Source of the DNA: Candidatus Saccharimonadota bacterium
GTDB taxonomy: Bacteria > Patescibacteriota > Saccharimonadia > Saccharimonadales > Saccharimonadaceae
NCBI GenBank assembly: GCA_016700015.1
Contig: CP064995.1
Span: 240,001-272,000, forward strand
Direction: 5' to 3'
Length of the DNA stretch: 32,000 nt
In this document: piece after piece, positions 16,230 to 25,298 of the stretch
How the letters are laid out: each line of letters opens with the position of its first letter
Numbering within the stretch: the first letter of the stretch is position 1
Program-made: the position numbers and the translations under genes
Notes under the pieces: generated by a model
What the model saw: only the letters and a program-made list of their open reading frames with translations
What the model was told of the DNA's origin: nothing
The model's database searches: none

Positions 16230-16757
16230 ATGCCTGATTTTAATATTGTATTAACGCCTGGCGCCACTGACAATGGTATGGTAAACACTGTTGTCGAAAT
16301 ACCTGAGGGCTCTCGGCTTAAGATTGAATGGGATCGTGACAGAGCGGCTTTTATGCTCGATCGTGTCGAGCCGCGCATTTTTGCAAAACCGTGTAACTAT
16401 GGCTTCATTCCAGGAACACTTGACGAAGACGGCGATGAACTTGATACTTTGATTATCTGTCCTGAGCCATTACCGACTGGGGTATGGCTTGAGGCAAAGA
16501 TACTAGGTGTTATGAAGTTTGAGGATGATGGTGAGGTTGATGACAAGATTGTGTGCGTACCTGCCGATAACCGAGATGATGGTGATGCTATACAATCGCT
16601 TGCTGATATCGGTCATCTTGTGAAGCAGTTTGAAAATCACTTTACACACTACAAAGATTTGAAAAAGCCTGGTAGTACAAAAGTACTAGGTTGGGGTGAC
16701 GTTTCTGAAGCACAAGCTATTATCAAAGAATGTATAACGCGCTATAATAATCGCTAA
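16230..16757 (+). CDS. ppa: Inorganic pyrophosphatase (family I)
   Basis: VVEIPEGSRLKIEWD...YGFIPGTLDEDGDELDTLII...DDKIVCVP. SD AAGGAAA lies before ATG 16230. Confidence 0.9.
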   Translation: MPDFNIVLTPGATDNGMVNTVVEIPEGSRLKIEWDRDRAAFMLDRVEPRIFAKPCNYGFIPGTLDEDGDELDTLIICPEPLPTGVWLEAKILGVMKFEDDGEVDDKIVCVPADNRDDGDAIQSLADIGHLVKQFENHFTHYKDLKKPGSTKVLGWGDVSEAQAIIKECITRYNNR

Positions 16758-16773
16758 GGGAGAGATTTAGTAT

Positions 16774-17259
16774 ATGGACGATAACTATACAATGTATGAC
16801 ACTGCTTACAGCACAACATCAACTACAGCTGCCGATCCGGCTGCGGCGGCAGCAATTATGGGGTTTATGGCGGTCTACACACTTGTTGTATTTGCAATCG
16901 CGGCAATAGGTATTGTGTCAATGTGGAAATTGTTTGAAAAGGCAAAGAAACCAGGATGGGCGGCACTAGTGCCTGTTTATAACATTGTTGTCTTGCTGGA
17001 AATTATTGGTCGTCCACTTTGGTGGGTTGCAATGATGTTGGTACCTATTGCGAATCTTGTGTTCGGAGTTATGATGTATATTGACCTTGCTAAATCATTT
17101 GGTAAGGATGCTGGCTATGGAGTGCTACTTATCCTCTTCTCGCCGGTTATGTTTCCGATATTTGCGTTTAGTAAGTCAACGCAGTATGTTGGTCCGGTTG
17201 GCCCAGAACGCCACAACACCACACCCCCAGCTACGCCACCAGCTCCTGTTACGCAATAA
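16774..17259 (+). CDS. DUF5684-like small membrane protein
   Basis: KLFEKAKKPGWAALVPVYNIVVLLEIIGRPLWW is the characteristic pattern of that family as I recall it. The C-terminus is a Pro/Thr-rich tail. Confidence 0.6.
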   Translation: MDDNYTMYDTAYSTTSTTAADPAAAAAIMGFMAVYTLVVFAIAAIGIVSMWKLFEKAKKPGWAALVPVYNIVVLLEIIGRPLWWVAMMLVPIANLVFGVMMYIDLAKSFGKDAGYGVLLILFSPVMFPIFAFSKSTQYVGPVGPERHNTTPPATPPAPVTQ

Positions 17260-17275
17260 TTACAGCTACCCATTG

Positions 17276-17310
17276 ACGAAACCGGCCTATTACCGGTTTC
17301 GTTTTCGTTT
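17276..17310 (+). terminator. Rho-independent terminator for the 16774..17259 gene, overlapping the 3' end of the convergent rel gene
   Basis: Perfect 9-bp stem CGAAACCGG (17277-17285) / CCGGTTTCG (17293-17301) with loop cctatta, then TTTTCGTTT. The rel stop codon (17290-17292) lies in the loop. Confidence 0.6.
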
Positions 17311-18837
17311 ATCAATCCGTTCTTTCGCTTTGCGCTGGATAATGGCGGCTGCATTGCTGAGCTGGCCCAAAAAACCACTTCTCCGTAGTTGCGCACGTAG
17401 CTTAAGGCGAGCGTGAGTAGTTACAACATACTGCACCCAATCAGGCTTTGGCCTGGCGCTACGGCTTGTAAGTATCTCCACGACATCACCATGAGAAAGT
17501 TGATGGCTAAATGGCTCCATTTTGCCATTAACCATAAATCCGCTGGCGCGTGCCGCCAGGTCACTATGCACTCGATAGGCGTAGTCTAGCGGGTAGGCGC
17601 CATGGGGTAGGTCATAAATATCGCCCTTGGGTGAGTATACAAATATCCGATCACCAAATAGGTCAACCCGCAGGTTCGCTTCGTCGAACTCCTTGCCCTC
17701 ACTAACAAGTGCGGCTGCATTTTGTAGATCGCGAATCCAGTGGAGGTCGGCGGGTAGCTCAGCAATCGTCCCTTTTTTGTAGGCCTCGGTTAGTTTTTGC
17801 TCATTGTAGTGAAAACTCGCAGCCAATCCACGCTCCGCATAGTCGTGCATTTCATGAGTACGCACCTGAAACTCAACAGGCTGTCCTGATTTCGTGATAA
17901 CAGTCGTGTGGAGTGACTGATAACCATTCGGTTTTGGAGTAGCGATATAGTCTTTGATACGCTCAAACATGGGAGTATAAAGACTGTGTAGTTCTCCAAG
18001 CACTAGATAGCAGGTGGCGACATCGTCAACGATAATACGCAGCGCCATGAGGTCGTAGATATCGTCAATATTGGGTATGCGTTTCATTTTTTTGTATAAG
18101 CTATAGACGCTTTTGACTCGCCCATCAATCTCATGAGCTATCTTTTCTGTTGTCAGGTGAGCGTCAACTTCGCGTTTCACGCTTTGTAGTTTATGTTCAC
18201 TCTTCTTGAGTCGGCTATCCATCAACCGCTTCGTGTGTTCAAACTCGGTTGGTAGTAGGTAGCGAAAGCTGAGTTCTTCGAGCTGTACGCGCACTCGCCC
18301 CATGTTGAGACGGTCGGCTAGGGGCGCAAACACCTCAATTGTTTCGCGGGCGATTTTTGTTTGTTTGGCTGGACTTTTGTACTGGAGGGTTTGCATGTTG
18401 TGCAGGCGGTCTGCTAGCTTGATAATGATGACGCGGACATCTTGACCAACAGCAATCAGCAGTTTGGTGAGATTATCTTTGGTACCAGGCAAGTAACTTT
18501 CCAGGTCGCGCATACCAGACCGTGCGCGGCTTACTTTTGTAACGCCGTCGACGAGAAAGGCAACATCATGTCCAAAAAGATGTTCGATATGTTCGAGCGT
18601 GGCGACAGTATCTTCAACCGTATCATGGAGTATGCCGGCTACAATTGTATCGATATCCATCCCCCATTCAATGAGGGTCGCGGCGACAGCGAGTGGATGA
18701 GTGATATAGGCTTCGCCACTCTTACGGAGCTGCCCGCTATGTACCTCGGTGGCATAGTTGATCGCACGTTCGAGGACGACAAGCTGCTTGTCATCATAGT
18801 GACCTTTAGCTACGCGGAGCAGTTCCCTCATGTCCAT
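17290..18837 (-). CDS. rel: Bifunctional (p)ppGpp synthetase/hydrolase, short Rel/SpoT homologue (HD + synthetase + TGS, no C-terminal ACT/RRM region)
   Basis: HD motifs HPLAVA...HDTVEDT, the synthetase pattern GYQSLHTTV, and a TGS-like IFVYSPKGDIYDLPHGAYPLDYAYRVHSDL. The start is set at MDMREL because TATACT lies 6 nt upstream. Confidence 0.85.
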   Translation of the reverse strand: MDMRELLRVAKGHYDDKQLVVLERAINYATEVHSGQLRKSGEAYITHPLAVAATLIEWGMDIDTIVAGILHDTVEDTVATLEHIEHLFGHDVAFLVDGVTKVSRARSGMRDLESYLPGTKDNLTKLLIAVGQDVRVIIIKLADRLHNMQTLQYKSPAKQTKIARETIEVFAPLADRLNMGRVRVQLEELSFRYLLPTEFEHTKRLMDSRLKKSEHKLQSVKREVDAHLTTEKIAHEIDGRVKSVYSLYKKMKRIPNIDDIYDLMALRIIVDDVATCYLVLGELHSLYTPMFERIKDYIATPKPNGYQSLHTTVITKSGQPVEFQVRTHEMHDYAERGLAASFHYNEQKLTEAYKKGTIAELPADLHWIRDLQNAAALVSEGKEFDEANLRVDLFGDRIFVYSPKGDIYDLPHGAYPLDYAYRVHSDLAARASGFMVNGKMEPFSHQLSHGDVVEILTSRSARPKPDWVQYVVTTHARLKLRAQLRRSGFLGQLSNAAAIIQRKAKERIDKRKRNR

Positions 18838-18843
18838 AATCAC

Positions 18844-18849
18844 AGTATA
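18844..18849 (-). promoter_or_regulatory. -10 box TATACT (minus strand) 6 nt upstream of the rel ATG 18837, no SD
   Basis: The minus strand reads gcTATACTgtgattATGgacATG. Confidence 0.4.
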
Positions 18850-18963
18850 GCAAAGCATATACTATCAATAAAAACATCATGCTGTAAATGTCAATATATA
18901 TCTGAAGCCGAAGATACGCTATACTGACAGGCATACAGGTAATGGTTAATACTGGAGTGGGCA

Positions 18964-20004
18964 ATGACAAAAGTACGAATAGCAATCAATGGATTTGGAC
19001 GGATCGGACGCAACGCATTTAAAATCGCATTTGGGCGCGATGACATAGAAGTTGTAGCCATAAATGACTTGACAGACACAAAAACTCTAGCACATCTTCT
19101 GAAGCACGACAGTAGCTATGGCACCTACGATAAAGCAGTCGGATTTGACGAGACGGGAATCATTGTGGACGGCCAGCATATTGCCGTGCTCGCCGAGAAG
19201 GAGCCCGTTGCACTGCCATGGCGTGATTATTCAATTGATGTTGTTATCGAAAGTACAGGGTTTTTTGTCGACCCAGCTAAAGCAAACGCTCATATCGACG
19301 CGGGTGCGCGCAAAGTAGTCATTAGTGCTCCAGCCAAGGGTGAAGGCGCTGACACAATTGTCCTTGGTGTAAACGAAGACATGATTGCAACCAGCACGCC
19401 AGTTATCAGTAACGCTAGTTGTACAACAAACTGCATTACACCAGTCATGGCCGTGCTCGAAAGCACATTTGGTATTGAGAAAGCCATGATGACGACAGTT
19501 CATAGCTATACGGCGAGCCAGCGGCTCCAGGATGCTCCCGCTAAGGATCTACGCGAAGCTCGAGCTGCTGCCGAAAATATAGTACCTACTACCACGGGCG
19601 CCAGTATTGCCGCCGCCAAGGCGCTGCCTGTGCTCGAAGGTAAGTTTGGTGGGCTTAGTGTTCGAGTTCCTACGCCTGTCGTTAGTATGAGCGACTTCGT
19701 GGTACTTTTGAAACGCGACACTACTACGGAAGAGGTGAACCAAGCATTCAAGGATGCTGCCGCCAAACCATTTTATCAAGGCATCCTTGACGTGACAGAG
19801 GAAGAGCTCGTTAGCACTGACTTTAAGGGCAACAGTCACTCATCAATTGTCGATTTACCACTCACCAATGTTGTGGGTGGAAATTTAGTGAAAGTGGTCG
19901 CTTGGTATGACAACGAGTGGGGCTATAGCAACCGACTCGTGGAGTTAGTGGCAGACGCGGGTAGGGCACTTGCGGCGCGGTCGGAGAATGATCAAACACA
20001 GTAG
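18964..20004 (+). CDS. gap: Glyceraldehyde-3-phosphate dehydrogenase, type I
   Basis: INGFGRIGRN, SNASCTTNC and WYDNEWGYS. SD tGGAGtg lies upstream. Confidence 0.95.
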   Translation: MTKVRIAINGFGRIGRNAFKIAFGRDDIEVVAINDLTDTKTLAHLLKHDSSYGTYDKAVGFDETGIIVDGQHIAVLAEKEPVALPWRDYSIDVVIESTGFFVDPAKANAHIDAGARKVVISAPAKGEGADTIVLGVNEDMIATSTPVISNASCTTNCITPVMAVLESTFGIEKAMMTTVHSYTASQRLQDAPAKDLREARAAAENIVPTTTGASIAAAKALPVLEGKFGGLSVRVPTPVVSMSDFVVLLKRDTTTEEVNQAFKDAAAKPFYQGILDVTEEELVSTDFKGNSHSSIVDLPLTNVVGGNLVKVVAWYDNEWGYSNRLVELVADAGRALAARSENDQTQ

Positions 20005-20737
20005 TCGGATACGCTACCTGCGCGCATTCACGCTTGTCGAGCTCATCATTATCGTATTTGTAATCGCGCTTTTGGCGACACTTGCTCTTGTTACGTATGG
20101 GGGTGTTCAAAAACGCTCAACCGACGCGGTAACACAGCGTACGGTAGCCGATGCACTAAAAAGTTTGCAGCTATATCATGTTGAAAAGCGGAGCTACCCT
20201 TCGAATCTGGCCGACACCGACTACCTGCCGCCTTTGACAATTGCAACCAAACTTTTCACCAATGCGCCGCAAATGCCTACCTATCAAAACCTCACAAGCG
20301 AGCAAAATGCTCAGCTATTTCTTAATTCCTGTAATGGCTATATGCCCATTATCAGTGGCGGGCAAACGTATAATACATCGTGTGTGTATAACGGCAACAA
20401 CATCCATATAAAAGGCCAGGTCTCATCGAATATCGTGATCCATGGACCAACTATAGCGCAGGCTAGCTTTGTACTCCCGTGCGGTTCAGACTGCTCGATA
20501 GCTCAAGCCAATATCATCAACACTTTTATCGCTCAAGGCGGCTCATTCCCGATCAGCGTTCCCAAGTCTGGCAGCACACTGCCGAGTCCGGTAATGGTCA
20601 ACACAGGAGTAGCCTCTCGGTTCTGCGTCGAAGGGCGGGCGGGACAATACACCGACGTGGTTTATCACTCCAATTCTGAAACCCAGCTCATCGAAGCAGG
20701 TTCTTGTGGCGCAGACCCTACTCTCCATTACCCCTGA
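19988..20737 (+). CDS. Type IV pilin-like protein (prepilin-type N-terminal cleavage/methylation domain)
   Basis: MIKHSSRIRYLRA|FTLVELIIIVFVIALLATLALVTYGG, with Glu at +5. The start overlaps the gap 3' end by 17 nt. The globular part contains six Cys. Confidence 0.75.
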   Translation: MIKHSSRIRYLRAFTLVELIIIVFVIALLATLALVTYGGVQKRSTDAVTQRTVADALKSLQLYHVEKRSYPSNLADTDYLPPLTIATKLFTNAPQMPTYQNLTSEQNAQLFLNSCNGYMPIISGGQTYNTSCVYNGNNIHIKGQVSSNIVIHGPTIAQASFVLPCGSDCSIAQANIINTFIAQGGSFPISVPKSGSTLPSPVMVNTGVASRFCVEGRAGQYTDVVYHSNSETQLIEAGSCGADPTLHYP

Positions 20738-20774
20738 TCCATGATAGTCATTTGAAAAGATTTACCATAGCGCT

Positions 20775-20780
20775 TATACT
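20775..20780 (+). promoter_or_regulatory. -10 box TATACT 7 nt upstream of the rpiB ATG, no SD
   Basis: Sequence ctTATACTAACTtctATGAAGA. Confidence 0.4.
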
Positions 20781-20787
20781 AACTTCT

Positions 20788-21249
20788 ATGAAGATTTTTA
20801 TCGGTTCTGACCATGGCGGCTTTTATCTTAAGGAAAAAGTTGAAGCATATCTTACGAAGCGGGGTTTTAAGTGGGAGGATGTGGGTGACAAGATCCTCGA
20901 TCCACAGGATGATTTCCCGCAGTTTGCACAAATGGCTGTGACAAAGGTGCTGGGAGAGGACGATGTGGACGATCCTAGAGCGATTTTGATATGTACTGGC
21001 GGGCAGGGTATGGCGATGGCTGCCAATCGCTTTCGTGGCATCCGGGCAGCGGTCATATGGGATAGTTTCGAAGCACGTGAATGCCGCAACGACAACAACA
21101 GTAACGTGCTGTGCTTGCCAGCAAGAGTAGTCGATGCCGAGGGCGATGATCTGGAGCTCTGGAAAGACATCATTGATACCTGGCTGGCGACACCGTTTGC
21201 AGGTGCAGCGCGTTATGTACGCCGAAATACGGCACTGGATGAGTTCTAA
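20788..21249 (+). CDS. rpiB: Ribose-5-phosphate isomerase B (RpiB/LacA/LacB family)
   Basis: MKIFIGSDHGGFYLKEKV...ILICTGGQGMAMAANRFRGIRAA...NVLCLPARV. Confidence 0.9.
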   Translation: MKIFIGSDHGGFYLKEKVEAYLTKRGFKWEDVGDKILDPQDDFPQFAQMAVTKVLGEDDVDDPRAILICTGGQGMAMAANRFRGIRAAVIWDSFEARECRNDNNSNVLCLPARVVDAEGDDLELWKDIIDTWLATPFAGAARYVRRNTALDEF

Positions 21250-21623
21250 TGCCATCATATCAACAACCGTACGAACCAAGTGCGTCAGTCGGTATCACTG
21301 GTGCGACCAGGATATGGGCTTTGCTTGTTGCTTGTGGTATGTTTTTTGCCAACGGATTCATCGCTTTTGCCGGACTCATTGGATTTGTCATGAACGATAC
21401 TGGTAGTCCAGGGATGGCGATAGCAGCGATAGGTGTATTGGTAGTATCTCTGCTTGCGGGCATAGCTAATATCGCTCTCTTTATTCTCCAGGGAATCAAG
21501 GTTTCTATGCAGTCGCATACAATGCACCGAAGGTGGGTGGTGGGCCTGACAATCTTTGGCGGTGTTGTTATCTCGGTGCCATTTGGTTTTTACGTACTCA
21601 GTGTAGCAGAATCGGTTTTCTAA
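21249..21623 (+). CDS. Hypothetical 4-TM membrane protein
   Basis: The ATG overlaps the rpiB TAA (TAATG). There are four hydrophobic segments and no recognisable motif. Confidence 0.55.
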   Translation: MPSYQQPYEPSASVGITGATRIWALLVACGMFFANGFIAFAGLIGFVMNDTGSPGMAIAAIGVLVVSLLAGIANIALFILQGIKVSMQSHTMHRRWVVGLTIFGGVVISVPFGFYVLSVAESVF

Positions 21624-21625
21624 GT

Positions 21626-21657
21626 ATGAATATGGATCAGATGTATTCATTTTTTAT
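21626..21657 (+). terminator. Weak AT-rich hairpin plus T-run, possible terminator
   Basis: Stem ATGAATA (21626-21632) / TATTCAT (21644-21650) with an 11-nt loop, then TTTTTATT. Confidence 0.3.
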
Positions 21658-21694
21658 TCTCAGTCAAGCATAAGACAGTAAGATAGGAGGCGAT

Positions 21695-22339
21695 ATGCCA
21701 GTAATTGTACCAGCAATTCTCTGTGAGACAGAAGACGACTACAAGGCAACTGTTGAGCGGCTGCACTCTTTTGCGCAACGTGTCCACATAGACCTGACAG
21801 ATGGTGAATTTGCCCCAACTTTTACAGTGGGAGTTAATCAAATATGGTGGCCACAGGAATGGACGGTTGACGTGCATGCTATGGTGGCTAGGCCAAGCCA
21901 GTATGTCGACGCGCTCATACAGCTAAAGCCGGCAACAGTAATATTTCATGCTGAAGCCAGTGAAGACCTGACTCCGATACTAGCAAAACTAAAGCAAGTG
22001 GGTATAAAAGCAGGCGTGGCGTTACTGAAGCCGACGGTACCGAGTATCGTGCAACCATATATCGAGGCTGCTGACCATGTGTTGGTATTTAGTGGCGATC
22101 TTGGGCACTATGGCGGTACCGCAAGCCTCATGCAACTTGAAAAAGTGCGACTGATTCGCAATATCCACCCTGAAGTTGAAGTCGGTTGGGACGGGGGTGC
22201 TAATGCTGAAAATGCCTTTAGCCTTGCCCAGGGTGGTGTCGATGTGATCAACTGTGGTGGAGCCATCAACAAGGCTCAAGATCCAGCAGTAGCATACAAG
22301 CAGCTTGTTGACGAAATCAACAAACACGCGGTGATTTAG
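21695..22339 (+). CDS. rpe: Ribulose-phosphate 3-epimerase family protein (divergent)
   Basis: VHIDLTDGEFAP, DVHAMV, FHAEA and VGWDGG align with the Rpe metal-ligand pattern HxD / DvHLM / VDGG. SD AGGAGG lies upstream. Confidence 0.7.
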   Translation: MPVIVPAILCETEDDYKATVERLHSFAQRVHIDLTDGEFAPTFTVGVNQIWWPQEWTVDVHAMVARPSQYVDALIQLKPATVIFHAEASEDLTPILAKLKQVGIKAGVALLKPTVPSIVQPYIEAADHVLVFSGDLGHYGGTASLMQLEKVRLIRNIHPEVEVGWDGGANAENAFSLAQGGVDVINCGGAINKAQDPAVAYKQLVDEINKHAVI

Positions 22340-22374
22340 TAATGGTCCTGCATGCAGATATAAAACGCTTATGC

Positions 22375-22380
22375 TACACT
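22375..22380 (+). promoter_or_regulatory. Candidate -10 box TACACT 8 nt upstream of the transketolase-N ATG, no SD
   Basis: Sequence gcTACACTggtaatatATG. Confidence 0.3.
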
Positions 22381-22388
22381 GGTAATAT

Positions 22389-23249
22389 ATGAATGGGCAG
22401 CTGACAACAATACAGATCGAACAAAAAGCCAATAGTATCAGAAAAGACATTGTGAAAATGCTCGAACACGCCGGTAGTGGGCACAGTGCAGGACCTTTAG
22501 GGTTGGCTGATCTTGTGGCGACGCTTTATTTTCATGTCATGAACTGCGATCCCAAGAACCCGGAGGATCCAGAGCGCGACATATTTTTCCTGTCCAATGG
22601 CCATTGTGTGCCAGTGCAGTATGCCACAATGGCAGAGGCGGGGTATTTTGACAAAGATGAACTGATGACGCTGCGCAAACTTGGTTCCAGGCTCCAGGGC
22701 CACCCAGAGCGCACAAAGCTACCCGGCCTAGAAAATACTAGCGGTCCACTAGGGTGTGGTATAGGGCAGGGTGCAGGGTATGCCTATGCATTGCAGTATC
22801 TCGATCATCAACCCCATCGCTGGGTATATGTGGTGACGGGTGACGGTGAGCTTGACGAGGGGAACAACTGGGAATCGATTATGTTTGCCGGTAAATACAA
22901 GTTGAGCCAGCTAATTGTATTTGTCGATCGCAATAACATACAGATTGATGGGCCAACCGAAAGCGTTATGCCGCTCGAAAATCTTCGAGCAAAATGGGAA
23001 GCATTTGGATGGCATGTTCAAGAGATCGATGGCCACAATATAGAGAGCATTATTGACGCGGTCGGTATGGCAAAAGCCATCGAAAATAGACCGAGCTGTA
23101 TCATTACCCACACGATACCGGGCAAAAATGTTGATTTCATGGAGTACAATTACAAGTGGCACGGCATCCCGCCCAATAAGGATCAAGCCAAAGAAGCACT
23201 TCATGAACTACGTACGCTCGGCGGAAGAATCACGAGTGAACACCAGTAA
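22389..23249 (+). CDS. tkt: Transketolase, N-terminal (thiamine-diphosphate-binding) subunit
   Basis: GSGHSAGPLGLADLVATLYF...LSNGH...GDGELDEGNNWE... Confidence 0.9.
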   Translation: MNGQLTTIQIEQKANSIRKDIVKMLEHAGSGHSAGPLGLADLVATLYFHVMNCDPKNPEDPERDIFFLSNGHCVPVQYATMAEAGYFDKDELMTLRKLGSRLQGHPERTKLPGLENTSGPLGCGIGQGAGYAYALQYLDHQPHRWVYVVTGDGELDEGNNWESIMFAGKYKLSQLIVFVDRNNIQIDGPTESVMPLENLRAKWEAFGWHVQEIDGHNIESIIDAVGMAKAIENRPSCIITHTIPGKNVDFMEYNYKWHGIPPNKDQAKEALHELRTLGGRITSEHQ

Positions 23250-23269
23250 TTATCGTCTAAGGAGATATA

Positions 23270-24187
23270 ATGAACAACGAAGACCCAGCAAATCAAGCAT
23301 CAAATCAAGTCACACCTACGACCACTTCGGTTCAGGACGTGATGCAAGGGGCACAATACGTCGCGGCAGCCCCCTCTAGTATGAATGCGCCCACTGCCAA
23401 TCCCGGTAAAACGCTGGGCATAGTTAGTATTGTAATGGGGGTATTGGGCATCTGGCTCGGTGGTCTACCTGTTGCAATTGTGTCGCTCATGAAGTCTCGC
23501 CGGGCAAAACAATCTGCAACATGGGGTATAGTCGGTGTAGTTGTGAATACACTTTCACTCATCCTCTCGATAATAGTTGCTGTCATGTTCTTTGCGGTCT
23601 TTGCAAATATGGATGATAATAAGGCAAAATCGGGTCAATCATCGACACAGACGAACGCAAAATCAACAGATACACCAAACGCTGAATTAGTGGATATCCC
23701 GCTGAGCCAGCAGTACAAAGTGACAGGCCAGTTAGGTAAGGCATACTGGGCGGCAGATATTCCCAAGGGTGATTGGGAAGCAGATATTCTTGACCAGGGC
23801 GGTAAAAATCATTTCATTCGCAAAGATAAAACAGCCGAGTTCACAACTTTCCAAGGCTATGACCCTTCGCTCAGTGGCGACAGCGATCTTAAGGCGACAC
23901 GGGCAGGTATTGCTTCGCTTACACAGGGAGGAAAGTCGCTTGAGCTCGGCGATGAGAGTACCACTGCATTTATTGAAATGGGTCGCGGCAAGACAGTCGA
24001 GTTTGTAGTACAAGATTACACGTATAGCACGAATGATGGTCAAGTGATGAAAGCTCGTATGACGGGACGTGCATTTGACGGTGGTCAATACCTATATGCG
24101 TGGTATGTCTCGACGCCTGCAATGTTTAGCGAAAGTGACTGGCAGATGTTTGTGAATGGTTTATCTGTGAATGACGGAGCGATATAA
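23270..24187 (+). CDS. Membrane protein with a DUF4190-like two-TM N-terminus and a ~170-aa external domain, inserted between the two transketolase subunit genes
   Basis: GKTLGIVSIVMGVLGIWLGGLPVAIVSLMKSRRAKQSATWGIVGVVVNTLSLILSIIV. SD AAGGAG lies upstream. Confidence 0.55.
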   Translation: MNNEDPANQASNQVTPTTTSVQDVMQGAQYVAAAPSSMNAPTANPGKTLGIVSIVMGVLGIWLGGLPVAIVSLMKSRRAKQSATWGIVGVVVNTLSLILSIIVAVMFFAVFANMDDNKAKSGQSSTQTNAKSTDTPNAELVDIPLSQQYKVTGQLGKAYWAADIPKGDWEADILDQGGKNHFIRKDKTAEFTTFQGYDPSLSGDSDLKATRAGIASLTQGGKSLELGDESTTAFIEMGRGKTVEFVVQDYTYSTNDGQVMKARMTGRAFDGGQYLYAWYVSTPAMFSESDWQMFVNGLSVNDGAI

Positions 24188-24211
24188 AAGTGACCCAGCA
24201 AAGGTACGGGC

Positions 24212-25210
24212 GTGAGTAGCTACAAACTAAACAGTAATATATATTTGGACACGCCGGATGCCGAGCCGACTCGTGCAGGGTTTGGTCGTGGCCTCAAAGC
24301 GGCAGGCGAGGCCAACCCCAACGTGGTGGGGCTGTGTGCCGACCTTGTAGAAAGTGTGCAGATGCATCTATTCGCTGAAGCATTCCCAGATCGCTATATC
24401 GAAGTTGGGATTGCCGAGCAAAATTTACCGATCATCGCGAGCGGCTTGGCGCGAGCGGGTAAAATTCCATTTGCGGCGAGCTACGCAGCGTTTAGCCCAG
24501 GCCGTAACTGGGAGCAGATTAAAACCACAACAGCGCTCAACGAGCAACCAGTTAAAATGGTTGGTGCTCATGCGGGCCTAACGGTTGGCCCTGATGGCGC
24601 TACTCACCAAATGCTGGAAGATATTGCCCTTATGCGGGTCATGCCGGGCATGGTAGTGGTGTCTCCGGGTGACAGCATCGAGGCCGAAAAAGCCACGCTG
24701 GCGATTGCCGAGCACCCGAGTGCTTGCTACCTGCGCATTGCCCGCGAGAAAACACCGATCTTTAGTACGACAGAGTCACCATTTGAAATCGGCAAAGCCT
24801 ATGTGCTGCGTGAAGGCAACGATGTTACGCTGCTGTCGACCGGCATCGAAACGCCGTATGCACTGCGGGCAGCCGATAAACTTGTTGCCAGTGGTGTGTC
24901 AGTTGAAGTAGTGCATGTACCGACTATCAAGCCGCTTGACGAGGCAACAATTCTTGCTTCAGTCAAAAAAACCGGCCGGGCAGTATCGTGCGAGGATGCG
25001 CAGGCTGCCGGTGGGTTTGGCGGCGCTATCGCTGAGCTTTTATCTGAAAAATTACCCACTCCACTATTGAGGCTGGGTATGCAAGATCGCTACGGCGAGT
25101 CAGGCGCGCCACTTGAAGTGCTGGCGCACTTTGGCCTAACTGATGATGGGATTGCTGCCAGCGTGAAGCAGTTTGTTGCCGTCACGCCAAAGTACCACCA
25201 GGGATTTTGA
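24212..25210 (+). CDS. tkt: Transketolase, C-terminal (pyrimidine-binding + C-terminal domain) subunit
   Basis: GTG start. TRAGFGRGL...DRYIEVGIAEQNL...HAGLTVGPDGATHQMLEDIALMRVMPGM. Confidence 0.9.
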   Translation: MSSYKLNSNIYLDTPDAEPTRAGFGRGLKAAGEANPNVVGLCADLVESVQMHLFAEAFPDRYIEVGIAEQNLPIIASGLARAGKIPFAASYAAFSPGRNWEQIKTTTALNEQPVKMVGAHAGLTVGPDGATHQMLEDIALMRVMPGMVVVSPGDSIEAEKATLAIAEHPSACYLRIAREKTPIFSTTESPFEIGKAYVLREGNDVTLLSTGIETPYALRAADKLVASGVSVEVVHVPTIKPLDEATILASVKKTGRAVSCEDAQAAGGFGGAIAELLSEKLPTPLLRLGMQDRYGESGAPLEVLAHFGLTDDGIAASVKQFVAVTPKYHQGF

Positions 25211-25221
25211 TTTGAGATCTA

Positions 25222-25250
25222 TTGATTAATTTTTACAACTATGATATAAT
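25222..25250 (+). promoter_or_regulatory. Sigma70-type promoter with extended -10, upstream of the 25299 ORF
   Basis: TTGATT (25222-25227), 17-nt spacer ending in TG, TATAAT (25245-25250). SD AGGAAG lies before the ATG. Confidence 0.45.
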
Positions 25251-25298
25251 ATTACTGTTCATACTGCGCTAAACCAACTCTTAGGAAGTAGGGTCAAG

